64,000 nucleotides of DNA from Octopus sinensis (lineage: Eukaryota): contig NC_042999.1 of the NCBI RefSeq assembly GCF_006345805.1, positions 22,196,001-22,260,000 on the forward strand, written 5' to 3'. A program made the position numbers and the translations under genes. Under the pieces are notes generated by a model that worked only from the letters and a program-made list of their open reading frames with translations, did not search any database and was not told the origin of the DNA. Positions within the stretch are counted from its first letter, which is position 1. The number at the start of each line of letters is the position of its first letter. Below are positions 12,747-23,740 of the stretch, piece by piece.

Positions 12747-13345
12747 TGTTCCAGCCCGAAAGTTGCGGCCATGCTGGGGCACCACCGTTGATTGTGCTGC
12801 ACTAGTATGTGAAACCCCCTCTGATACGTAGCACTTGGTCAACAAGGGAGTTCGACGCCACTGCCTGCATCTGTGTTTCCTGCCGAGAGATAGGTTCATC
12901 TAGAACCCCTGACAAGAAGATATCCAGTTTAGTTTTAAAGAAACCCACATCCACACCATGCAGGTCTCTCATGTATTTAGGAAGGATATTGAAGAGCTGT
13001 GGTCCACTGAAACCCAAGTAGTTGCTGTATCTGGTCCTGTATTTTGATGGTGATGTTGGGATCTTTCGCACCATGCAGTGGCGCCCCGTTCTGCTGTTGG
13101 GGTAACTTTCAATGTCAAAATTTGGGACAAGGCCCTCCAGGACCTTCCAGATGTATATCGCTGCATATCTCTCCCGCCTTCGCTCCAGGGAGAAGAGTTT
13201 TAATACTTTCAGTATTTTCCAGAAGCTGATACGTTGCATTGAGACGATCATTTTAGTGTAGCTTTGTTGGATTGCTTCGAGCTTTGCTGTTAACTTTATA
13301 TTGTGTGGTGACCGTAGTTGTAGTAGTCCAAGAGGTTGAGGACGA
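12747..13345 (-). mobile_element. CR1-clade LINE, 5'-truncated ORF2 C-terminus plus 3' UTR
   Basis: ORF 12802-13425 contains LEAIQQSYTK...LKLFSLERRRERYAAIYIWKVLEGLVPN...GPQLFNILP...FKTKLDIFL, typical of the CR1 post-RT region. Confidence 0.85.
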
Positions 13346-13586
13346 ATGTCTTCCAGAGGACCATCGGTGTCTCCTGAACTAAAAACAATCAAAGCACTAC
13401 GAGTTAAATAGTACTTACACTTCAAAAGCCGAAAAAATATATCTATATATATGGCATCCCTTGTTCACTTCAGACAAGACAGTATATAGGTTGTATAAAT
13501 TTGATCTGCTTTAGCTCAAGGACACTATTGTTTCAATATTTCTCTAGTCAAATAGATTCAAAATATAGCTACATGTTTTGTTTTCT

Positions 13587-14011
13587 AGCTTGCTTACAAA
13601 CCACATGGTTCCGGGTTCAGTCCCACTGCGTGGCACCTTGGGCAAGTGTCTTCTACTATAGCTTCGGGCCGACCAAAGCCTTGTGAGTGGATTTGGTAGA
13701 CGGAAACTGAAAGAAGCCCGTCGTGTATATATATATATATATGTGTGTGTATGTGTGTGTGTGTGTGTGTGTTTATGTGTGTGTTTATGTGTGTGTTTAT
13801 GTGTGTGTTTGTGTTTGTCCCCGAGATCGCTTGACAACCGATGCTGGTGTGTTTACGTCCCCGTAACCTAGCGGTTCGGCAAAAGCCACCGATAGAATAA
13901 GTACTAGGCTTACCAAGAATAAGTCAGTCCTGGGGTCGATTTGCTCGACTAAAGGCGTTGCTCCAGCATGGCTACAGTCAAGTGACTGAAACAGGTAAAA
14001 GAGTAAAAGAG
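13587..14011 (+). mobile_element. SINE-A copy (5' few bases missing)
   Basis: Near-consensus body and tail. Confidence 0.9.
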
Positions 14012-14590
14012 AGACATCTACAACTGCATTACTTCATGTATCTTCCCTTCTCCATGCGAGTTTGATTTTAGCAGGATGTGTTTGCTATATCTAGCTAATA
14101 GAACCACCATTTTGCAGTCCTATCGTTAGCAGTCTTAACAGCGTTTTAGAAACTCTTTGTAGTGGAACACTTTCATAACGTTATTACTTTTACGTCGCTG
14201 ACATTTCAAGAGTTAAAAAAACACCCGAGGGGAAAATATTTCTCACAATTTAGCTGACATCATAGGTAATTGCGTTTATTACTTAAATGGTATTTTTATT
14301 ACTTCTGGTCTGGAGGGAAATCGAATTCATTATATCTTCATGGCCTCGATTAAGAAGCAAACTTCTGCTAAGAAAAACCAACGGTTCTCATCGGCTAGTT
14401 TTATTTTAATAAGTTTTTCAATTTCTCTGATTATGATTCGTGACCACATAATAACACACACACACACAAATAAATATTACTATACCTATATTGTATATAT
14501 ATTATACATACATTATAAATATGTATATATACATATATATATACATACATAGATACATACATGACATACATAACTATATATGATATATAT

Positions 14591-14637
<47 letters not shown>

Positions 14638-14980
14638 GATGTATGTATGTATAATATATATATATATATATACATATGTATTAAGTGTGTATTCCTAATA
14701 TGATTTCACCGGGGACTCGAACCTCAGGGTCCCAGTCACATCAATTTATCAATAAATTTCACTCTATTTTATAAAGAGTTTCACCCTCAGTGAATGTTCT
14801 TGTTTTCAACAACTTTATTAACACTTCCAAATAATATTGTGTACGTGTAGGTATGAGTATTATCTATACTTAAATCATACATCTAGATATACTATACATG
14901 TATAATTTATATACATCTCCTCCTCTCTCTCTCTCTCTCTCTCTTTCTTTCTATATATATATATATTATATAATATATAT

Positions 14981-15033
<53 letters not shown>

Positions 15034-15414
15034 TGTATGTATGTATGTGTAAGTATGTATGTATATATGTGTATATATACACATGTATGTATATAAACGT
15101 GTGTGTATATTTATGTATGCATGTATCTCTCTTCATTTATATGAGTTTGTATGTATTATGGATTTGTGTGCTATTAATCGCTAGAGGTTACAATTACTCA
15201 GGGACCGAGAATTTAGTGCATTGGCACTTATCAAACAGGTTTCTAATTAGGAGGTTGTATTTACATGTCCTATGATACCTCTCTGGATTGTTCTAGAAAA
15301 ATTGTAAGAAGCTATTACAAGGTCTCGTATATACATTGTAGATAGTTTGCCCGTTCAGCAGTTCAATAAGAATTATATAAATATATATATATATATTATA
15401 TATATATTATATAT

Positions 15415-15658
15415 AGAGAGAGAGAGAGAGAGAGAAGAGAGTGAGTGAGAAAGAGAGAGGAGAGAGAGAGAGAGAAGATAGATAGATAGATAGATAGATA
15501 GGTAGGTAGATAGATAGATATATAGATAGATAGAGAGATAGATAGATAGATAGATAAGATAGGATATATAAATAGATAGATAGATAGACAGACAGACAGA
15601 GACATACAGACAGACAGATAGATAGATAGCAGATAGATAGATAGATAGATAGATAGAC

Positions 15659-15705
<47 letters not shown>

Positions 15706-15720
15706 TAGATAGATTGATTT
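15415..15720. repeat. Compound (GA)n/(GATA)n/(GACA)n microsatellite
   Basis: Direct reading. Confidence 0.95.
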
Positions 15721-15959
15721 ATAAAAGAAGATTTGAAAATGCAATTTTAAAGATGTTTATTCACCTGATTGGTTTCACTTTTCTTGATATATCAAAGAAT
15801 CTATATATGTATTTTAATGCTTTTGTGACAACCAGGACTTAACACAACAAAGTTTATACAAAGCTTTACATTTTACTTTTGACAGTCTTTTTCTAAAAAA
15901 GTGAAACCGGTCAAGTGAATAAACGTCTTTAAAATTGCATTTTCAAACCTTCTTTCATA
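15720..15959. repeat. Inverted repeat (~66-bp arms, ~105-bp spacer), probably Penelope-like terminus or MITE
   Basis: 15720-15786 is the reverse complement of 15892-15959; the right arm contains gaaaccggtc, a hammerhead 3'-half-like motif. Confidence 0.7.
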
Positions 15960-15998
15960 TATATTTCCACTCGTGCGGTACCTTTCAACTTCACTTTG

Positions 15999-16049
<51 letters not shown>

Positions 16050-16308
16050 ATATATGGATATAGATATATACATATATATTCTAATGTAGGATAAACTTTT
16101 TATCGAAAAAAACTTTATCAATGGCCAGCATATTAAAAAATACCTTTAAAGGTTAAATTATAAACAACTTATAAATATCGCACGTATCTTAAATGGGCTG
16201 GAGTATTTCTATTTTGGATTTATTTGGTGTACTTAGTTGTGCTCATGACTTAGTGTTTGCTTCTTCCATGGGTATGGGTAAGTATCTCATTTACTTCTTT
16301 GCCACATG

Positions 16309-16362
16309 TATCACTGACGAAGGGAGGGTTCTTTTTGAACTAACCCTGAAATCGGTCCGATA
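16309..16362 (+). ncRNA. Candidate minimal type I hammerhead ribozyme
   Basis: TATCA-CTGACGA-AGGG[..gttc/gaac..]CCCT-GAAA-TCGG-TC^-CGATA; the two mismatches are consistent with CpG decay of ATCG and ACCGGT. Confidence 0.6.
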
Positions 16363-16516
16363 TGGTAATAATTGAATTTTTTTAGAGATTTCCGTCGACC
16401 TTTTATCGAGTAGCGTGCCCACTGGGAAAAAAAATATATATGGTAAATGGACAATATGTCCAATTTTCGGCATATTTGGCATTAGAAATTTTTTAATATG
16501 CCCTTATGTATAAGTT

Positions 16517-16567
<51 letters not shown>

Positions 16568-16654
16568 CTAAATTAAAATATATGTTTATATGCGCACAAA
16601 TAAATGTAGTGAAGCGTATGTACGTAAGCATACAAATACAATATGTATGTGAAT

Positions 16655-16925
16655 GTGAGGGCGTGTGGCCCAGTGGTTAGGCTGTTGCACTAACGGTCAC
16701 TAGATCGTAGGTTGGATTCCCAAACCGGGCGGCGCGTTGTGATCTTGAACAAAACACTTCATTTCACATTGCTCCATTCTCCCTTCGAACAAGGGGGCAC
16801 TGTTTTCCTGCTCGCCTACCCAGCGGGGTGGCGTCATTTGATGGCTAAAACGATGCTAAGCGCATTGAGACTAGAGATGTGTAACAGCATCCGATAGTCT
16901 GGTCGGTCACGGGATCACGTGATGT
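16655..16925 (+). mobile_element. tRNA-head CORE-like SINE with distinct tail
   Basis: gtggcccagtggttagg...ggttggattccc...cttgaacaaaacacttcatttcacattgctcc...ggtcacgggatcacgtgat. Confidence 0.7.
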
Positions 16926-17129
16926 ATGTGAATATATGCACCCAGTTTCTGCCTTTAAACCAACAGATTATAATGAAAAATCTGCGTGTGTGCGCGCGAG
17001 TTTGTGTATATATAGAAATAACGAAATATGTTTTCATTTATATATGCATAGATTTGACAAAAAATCAGTTGCAGGCAGAGGCTTCTTGATAATTTTAGTA
17101 ACTTCTATGCTGAAGTAGAAGCAACATGT

Positions 17130-17460
17130 TCTTTGTCTATCTCCTTAACTTCTTGGAGATTTTAGGTATAATTATACTAATGTCTCCATCTGTTCTAATT
17201 TAATTAAATTCTCTGTCTTTGTGCAGCTGAAGATTGGTCTACATTTTAAATTGATGTAAGGATTTCATTGTTCAATTAAATGGAGTTGCATGAAACGATC
17301 GTACTGCATTAGCTCTGGATATCTTTGTTGCTTATTTTGATTTTAATCACCTTACTTTGAAATTGTATGGATAATACCGTACTAAATTCTGGTGCCTCAA
17401 CTTAAGTACCATATTCATCTGAATCTAAATTTTTGCTATAAATAGATTTGTAGAGTTTTG
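17130..17460 (-). pseudogene. Highly decayed RTE-like RT fragment
   Basis: Minus-strand remnant LEQMETLV*L resembles the RTE LEQVETFVYLG motif; many stops. Confidence 0.35.
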
Positions 17461-17621
17461 AGATTTTCTTTTTCTTTTACTAGACTATTGTTGTATGAAA
17501 AGTGTGGTCATCTGTTAATACTTAACGTAAGAACGGGTGAAATGCCGCTAAGCATTTTGTCCGGTGCAGTTCTGTCATCTTGTCTCTTTAATCTGGTAGA
17601 ATATATTAAAAATGAATAAAT

Positions 17622-18189
17622 TTGGGTTGTCCGGAAAGTTCGTGCCGATTTATAGTAGCTTAAATTTCGACTTATTTTAGAACATGGTTGAGTTCATAAA
17701 ATAGGATTTGACTACACCTCCATTTAGAGCACAGTTTAATCTATCTTTTTGTGGAAGAAGGTTTATGTTCCTATAACCTGTATTAATTCTGTAACCCTTT
17801 AAAATAGAAGATAAGAAAGTTCATTTTCGGCACTTGATGCTTTGGGAACCAGACAAAAATTGATGCAGCTCGGCTTAGATGTGTTACCCCACCCTCCATA
17901 TTCGCCAGATATTGCTCTTTCGGATTTTCACTTATTCAGGTCTGTGCAGAATAGTGTTAATGGTAAAAATTTCAATTCCTTGGATGACGTAAAAAGATAC
18001 ATTGATGAATTTTTTGCCATGAAACCACCTCAATTCTGGGAAGAGGGTATTTTTAAGTTAAAGGAAAGATGGAGACGCATTGTGCAACAAAATGGTTCAT
18101 ATATCTGGTTGATTAAAAATGTAATGGCAAGTATTTATTGACCTTTTTCTTTCTTTTAAAAATCGGCACGAACTTTCCGGGCAACCCAA
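17622..18189 (+). mobile_element. Internally deleted mariner (Tc1/mariner) element with intact 30-bp TIRs
   Basis: TIRs ttgggttgtccggaaagttcgtgccgattt (17622-17651) and its complement (18160-18189), followed by TA; ORF 17842-18141 contains HPPYSPDIALSDFHLFRS. Confidence 0.92.
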
Positions 18190-18564
18190 TAGTTGCGAAT
18201 ATGAGCGACAAAAAGTAGTAGATGCTTCCGTGCGTGAGAGAGATTTAAGTATTATTTCAGACAGATATCGGGGGATGAGGTGGCGAATAACAATGAAAGG
18301 ACTCCGTTAAGCCATTTATTAATTTTTCAAATTATTAATGGAGCAATCATTTAGCTAATTCCTTATTAGGTTAACTAGCAAGATTATTGGTTAACTATTA
18401 CTACTTGTAGTAGTAGTGTAAGCAGCAGTAAGAAGTAGAAAGACCTATAATAGAAAACACTTGTTCAAAGAGGGATTGAACCCAGAAACAGACGGTTGCA
18501 AAGCGAGTTTCTTAACCGCACAACCATAAAATTTTTTAACAAGCTTTGATTGGTTAACCGGTAA

Positions 18565-18900
18565 TCATTTCATAGTGACACATCACCAACGCATTTCAGT
18601 TTGGTTTTTGATACATACTCTGATGCTCAGCTTGTTAAATCCGTCAAGAACTTTTGTATCGACAGCCACCCTCTTCCAAGGTCTATCAACCGTATGAGAT
18701 AATTCTACTGAAAATGTTCATATAATCTCCCGTGTCTCTCATTCGTTGTACATACCACACAGGCAAAGAAGTTGTAATGTAAATAACACAAGCCTCATAA
18801 ACATTCAACTTATGACTGCCGTTCATCTCATTGAGACCACACTTCAGATACCACCATGCCGAAGGCCCACAATGACTCTATTCGTTGAAATCTGAATTAC
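18565..18900 (-). pseudogene. Decayed RTE-clade LINE fragment (post-RT region)
   Basis: HKLNVYEACVI...W...DTKVL...LSI...KNQ..RW resembles RTE TKLKVYEACVL...VL.RA...QLRW. Confidence 0.55.
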
Positions 18901-19304
18901 CGCGGAAAAAGTAAGGAAACGAGAAAATATTCTATGGTAAACGAACTTCTCATTGAAAAGCAGTTTCATGCGACAAGTAAATATAGTTGTCAGAGCAAAG
19001 ATTCCTGATGAGAGAACACATCAATTTTCATTTAGATAACGTTACAGTGAATATATAGTTATAGTGCATGCAACCGAAATCCTATATGTTCTTTTCCACA
19101 TTTCTCTTCCCTTCTCCTATCTATCTCTCTCTCCTTCTGCCTTCTGTGACTATATAACATATATATATTATAATCATATATTATTATATATATATATATA
19201 TATATATTAATATATATATATATATATATATATTATTGGTAAAAACATTAAATAACAAAAGACTGAAAGGGACCTCAATATTATGTAAATAGAGGAAATT
19301 ATCT

Positions 19305-19503
19305 CTGTAATATAAATATGTGAACAATTATCGGTAGCCAAGAAAAACTCTGCGCTTCGGATTCCGAGGTGGAAATTCACACCAGCATCTCTTCAGAAAT
19401 GGCCAGATAACTGAAGAGATGGTGGTGTGGATTTCCACCTCGGCATCCGAAACTCAGAGTTTTATCTTGGCAACCGAATAATTGTCACATATTATATTTG
19501 CAG
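19305..19503. repeat. Long inverted repeat (~92-bp arms, 14-nt spacer), Penelope-like terminal structure
   Basis: 19305-19396 is the reverse complement of 19411-19503 at roughly 85-90% identity by eye. Confidence 0.85.
19402..19471 (+). ncRNA. Candidate minimal type I hammerhead ribozyme
   Basis: GCC-AGATAA-CTGAAGA-G[ATG..GGTGG/CCACC..CAT]C-C-GAAA-CTC-A-GAG-T-T^-TTATCT-T-GGC; helix I has 6+3 bp and helix III is palindromic. Confidence 0.65.
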
Positions 19504-19551
<48 letters not shown>

Positions 19552-19640
19552 TGTGTGCGTGTGCGTGTGTATGTGCATGTGTGTGTATGTTTGTACGTAT
19601 GTATATATGTATATATATATATTTTTTTATAATTATATTT

Positions 19641-20031
19641 TTTTACTTGTTTCAGTCAACTGACAACGGTTATGATGGAGCACCGCCTTTTAGTCGAGCA
19701 AATCGACCCCTGGACTTATTCTTTGTAAGCCTGGTGCTTATTCTATCGGTCTCCTCTGTAAGACCGCTAAGTTACGGGGACGTAAACACAACAACATCGG
19801 TTGTCAAGTGATGTTGGGAGGACAAACACAGATATAACCAAACACACACGCACACATATACACATATATACGACGGGTTTCTTTCAGTTTCCGTCTACCA
19901 AATCTACTCACAAGGTTTGGTCGGCCCGTGGCTATAGTAGAACACATTTGCCCAAGGTGAATGCAGGGGAACTGAACCCGGAACCATGTGGCTGAGAAGC
20001 AACCTACTTACCACGCAGCCCCGCCTGCGCC
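19641..20031 (-). mobile_element. SINE-A copy
   Basis: Full-length reverse-complement match. Confidence 0.9.
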
Positions 20032-20258
20032 TGCCACATCAACGCTTGCCACACAGCCACGCATGCGCACAATTATACTCATAAAGTTTATCTTAAGGGC
20101 AACTGCCGAGTACTTCTACAGGCCATGCCACATGCCAAAAGAAGCTACACTATCTTAAGTATCAAATAAACACGCACTGTGATATTTAAGGTAGTTTAGT
20201 GCCATTCGGCGTCTTCTTCTAGCCTGTAGCTAGGTGCCCTTAATATAAATTTTATAGA

Positions 20259-20672
20259 TGCAGGAGTGACTGTGTGGTAAGTAGCTCCCTTACCAATCGC
20301 ATGGTTCCGGGTTCAATCCCACTGCATGACACCTTGGGCAAGTGTCTTCTACTATAGCCTCGGGCCAAACAAAGCTTTGTGAGTGTATTTGGTAGACGGA
20401 AGCTGAAAGAAGCTCGTCGTATATATGTATATATATATGTATGTGTGTATATATGTTTGTGTGTCTGTGTTCCTCCGCCCCAATATCGCTTGACAATCGA
20501 TGGTAGTGTGTTTACGTCCCCGTAACTAAGCGGTTCGGCAAAAGACCGAGAGAATAAGTACTAGGCTTCCAAAGCGTAGGTCCTGGGGTCGATTTGCTCG
20601 ACTAAAGGCGATACTCCAGCATGGCCGCACTCAAATGACTGAAACAAGTAAAACAATAAAACAGTAAAACAG
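20259..20672 (+). mobile_element. SINE-A copy
   Basis: Full-length match. Confidence 0.9.
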
Positions 20673-20811
20673 TAATTATAATTATAAAATGATATACTCT
20701 ATTAATTTGTTATTACATGCTTACTACCCGATAAAATCATATATAGATTTTTTCCTTAATTTTAATTAATATATATCTATGCATATATATATATGCATAT
20801 GTATATGTATG

Positions 20812-20864
<53 letters not shown>

Positions 20865-21419
20865 GGTGTATGTATGTATGTATGTAGTATGTATGTATGT
20901 ATGTATGTATGTATGTATGAGTATATATATGTATGTGCATATTGTTCGACTAAATACCTTCAAAGCGGTGACACAGCATTGCCAGATGAAATGACTGAAA
21001 CAAGTAAAATAAAGAAAGTACATCTAATACTTTTAACATCAACAGCAGTTTTTGTAGAGGAATCCTCCACATCTTCACAGACAATAGAAACTTCTGGTAC
21101 AAAACACTGGAGAAAAGCAGGGATTAATTTGAATGGATTAATTTGAACTCCAAGTCTGAAGTAATTCGCTCTAAATGGAAGCAAAACCTATCTCCATTAT
21201 GTAATCAGCTATAATCCTTCATTGACACTTACTGAACAATGTGACATTGCCAAGAGCTTCTTAAATACCTACATTTCTTCGTAGATCATAAATATAACAA
21301 ATTATTCACACGGAAAGACTTTACAGTTAGCTAGAGTAGCATAATTAATATGACAAAGATCATAGCAGCAAATGTCCTAAATTATGCTACATCGTTGTGA
21401 AATGTCAATAGAAGAGAAA

Positions 21420-21519
21420 NNNNNNNNNNNNNNNNNNNNNNNNNNNNNNNNNNNNNNNNNNNNNNNNNNNNNNNNNNNNNNNNNNNNNNNNNNNNNNNNN
21501 NNNNNNNNNNNNNNNNNNN
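21420..21519. other. Assembly gap (100 N)
   Basis: Run of N. Confidence 1.
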
Positions 21520-21835
21520 CAACAATCTCGATGTTAACCTATTTTAAGATCAAGCCCTAACATCGGACAGCGACTGAAGTGAGGTTGAGGTCAACAGCAC
21601 ATACCTATAAATAAGAACACCCCAGTTTCCCGCGAAACGCTAACAAAACTTTTAACCAATCAGTTCCCTTCGAGGACGACCACATGGACGGACACTGATG
21701 AAGCTGCACCGACAATATTGCAAAGTTGCATGTGCAACAGTGAGTAGTCGCTGCAGTGGAAACATATGTAGGTCAAACGTGCTATATATAATTATATAAT
21801 AAATTCTGCGGATGTACAAGTTTCCATACTCTTTG

Positions 21836-21840
<5 letters not shown>
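21520..21840 (+). mobile_element. Penelope-like terminal repeat relic
   Basis: ctataaata and accaatcag motifs upstream of a hammerhead-like fold, followed by aataaattctgcgg. Confidence 0.45.
21692..21769 (+). ncRNA. Candidate hammerhead ribozyme with extended helix II (degenerate)
   Basis: ACA-CTGATGA-A-GCTGCA[..gttgca/tgcaac..]TGCAGT-G-GAAA-CA-T-A^-TGT. Confidence 0.45.
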
Positions 21841-21872
<32 letters not shown>

Positions 21873-22781
21873 TGTGTGTGTGTGTGTGTATGTGCATAGA
21901 CAGAGTTATACATACATACACACATACACACATACACACACATAGATATTTATACATGCATGTGGTCGGTTGAGCTGAAAATATGCACACCTACGTTAAA
22001 AGTGCTGGCGACTTTGCATGGCAACTATTTTTTCCTCAAATAAAAGGCGTGACCTCTAGGACAAAATTCCTCATCTTATAAAATGTGGCCCGGGTAGACC
22101 CGAATGAAATCGAGTTATATTAACCAAAATGTGAAAAGAGGTCTAAATGGGGCTGGAAGAGGATTAAAATTTACAGGAGCGGGTGTTTAGGAATTCTCTG
22201 TTACATCAAGCTAATAAATCGTTACATCAAGCCTTTAAATCGTCAATGTGTTGTCGTCCATGATGAATAAGTTTTGAATGCTTGCCATGGTGAGTCTAGT
22301 GTCGTGAGAAAGAATTACTTCAAAACTTGGTGTTTAGGAATCAAGTTCAAAATTTGAAACTGCTACTACGTTGCTGTCCGTCGTTAAGAAATGCCAGCCA
22401 TGGTGAGCCTACTATCCTCAGATTCTATCCCTTCAAACTTTGGTTTCCAATATTTTTTTTTTTATTTAGCTCGCAAGTTCGTCTGTCCCTTTTAAATGTT
22501 ATTGTTTTGCTGTCTGCCTTGAAGCAGACCTTTCAGTTGTCACTGCCTGATATTTATGATTGATCTTTCAAAATATATTCTTTCTCAACTTATTCAGGAT
22601 CTTTTGTTGTTTATAAATGGGAGAGAGATAGATAGAGAAAGATAGAGAGTAAGAGAAAACGAGGGAGAGTCCGAGAGAAATGAAGAGTAAGAGAGTGGGG
22701 AAGTGTAAGAGAGAAACAAAGAGAGAGAATGTGGTGATAAAAAACGGAAAGGAAGCAACAGAAAGTAACAACCAGACTCTT

Positions 22782-22814
22782 ACCCGCGCGTATAGCGGGT
22801 CACCTTAAGCTAGT
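22782..22814 (+). mobile_element. Helitron-like 3' terminus
   Basis: Hairpin ACCCGC-gcgtata-GCGGGT, then 9 nt, then CTAG followed by T. Confidence 0.55.
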
Positions 22815-23285
22815 AATATTAATATTTTTGTGTGTGTGTGCGTGTGTAAATGTTATCCATCACTTGTCTCACACACACTCGACTTAAAGAAACTTCTCTA
22901 TGTTTCCGTCGCATGTTCGAGACACTCTTCGTTTCTTTCGTTCTTTTTTTCTTTTACGTATCCACTATCACACGGCAATTTAATCTCTATCATCCAGAAA
23001 TATAACAATATCTGTTTCAACACACGATCTCACATCTTGCGAAACAAATTCATAAACGTACACACACACACACCACACACATATATATATAGAATATATG
23101 ATATATATATATATATAAGGTTTAAAAAATGGTTGTATACATATTTTTTCTATATTCGACCAACAGATAAACACACACACACATAGATAACAGCCGACAG
23201 CTGATGAAGAGTCGTTCTTTGTGTTTGCTTGTCCTATTCTCCATTTTTTCTCTCGCTGTTTGCGTATCTAGTGGTGTACAAGTGG

Positions 23286-23353
<68 letters not shown>

Positions 23354-23424
23354 GAATGTATGTGTGTGTTTACATATATATATTATTTATTATCTATATA
23401 TATATATATATTATTTTTATTAGG

Positions 23425-23740
23425 GAAAGTTTACGAAAAACAAAAGACGAAAACAAGTGGTGTACAAAATAAACATATGTATTAGAATAACGCTCAAGAA
23501 TAGAAAAAGTCTTTTACGTTTCGAGCCTACGCTCTTCTACAGAAAGGTACACAGAAAAAACAAGGAGAGAAACAAGGAGAGAAGAAAAAGTGTTTTGTGG
23601 CTAACGATCTATCATGGCGTCTGACTCGGACAGAATGGTCAGCCGGGATAAGGAAAGTAAGGGAGATAACAAGGTAAAGATGACCCTCAACACAAGGGAG
23701 CCCCCAACACAAAGGTGCCTGTGAAGCATTGTGTAGAATA
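23425..23740 (-). mobile_element. Penelope-like terminal repeat family G (hammerhead-bearing)
   Basis: Homologous to 32362-32540; contains a hammerhead fold at 23511-23546 and adjoins a long inverted repeat. Confidence 0.65.
23511..23546 (-). ncRNA. Candidate minimal hammerhead ribozyme, non-canonical core (CUGUAGA)
   Basis: CTTT-CTGTAGA-A-GAGC-gtag-GCTC-GAAA-CG-T-A^-AAAG. Confidence 0.55.

Noticed and set aside
14700-14745. B-box-like ggttcgagtcccc on the minus strand
   Set aside because: No matching A-box or second copy in the window to define an element
15870-15915. Hammerhead-like 3' half gaaaccggtcaagtg
   Set aside because: The upstream core is degenerate (TTGACAG); not counted as a ribozyme
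23201-23215. CTGATGAAGAG motif
   Set aside because: No downstream helix II partner or GAAA
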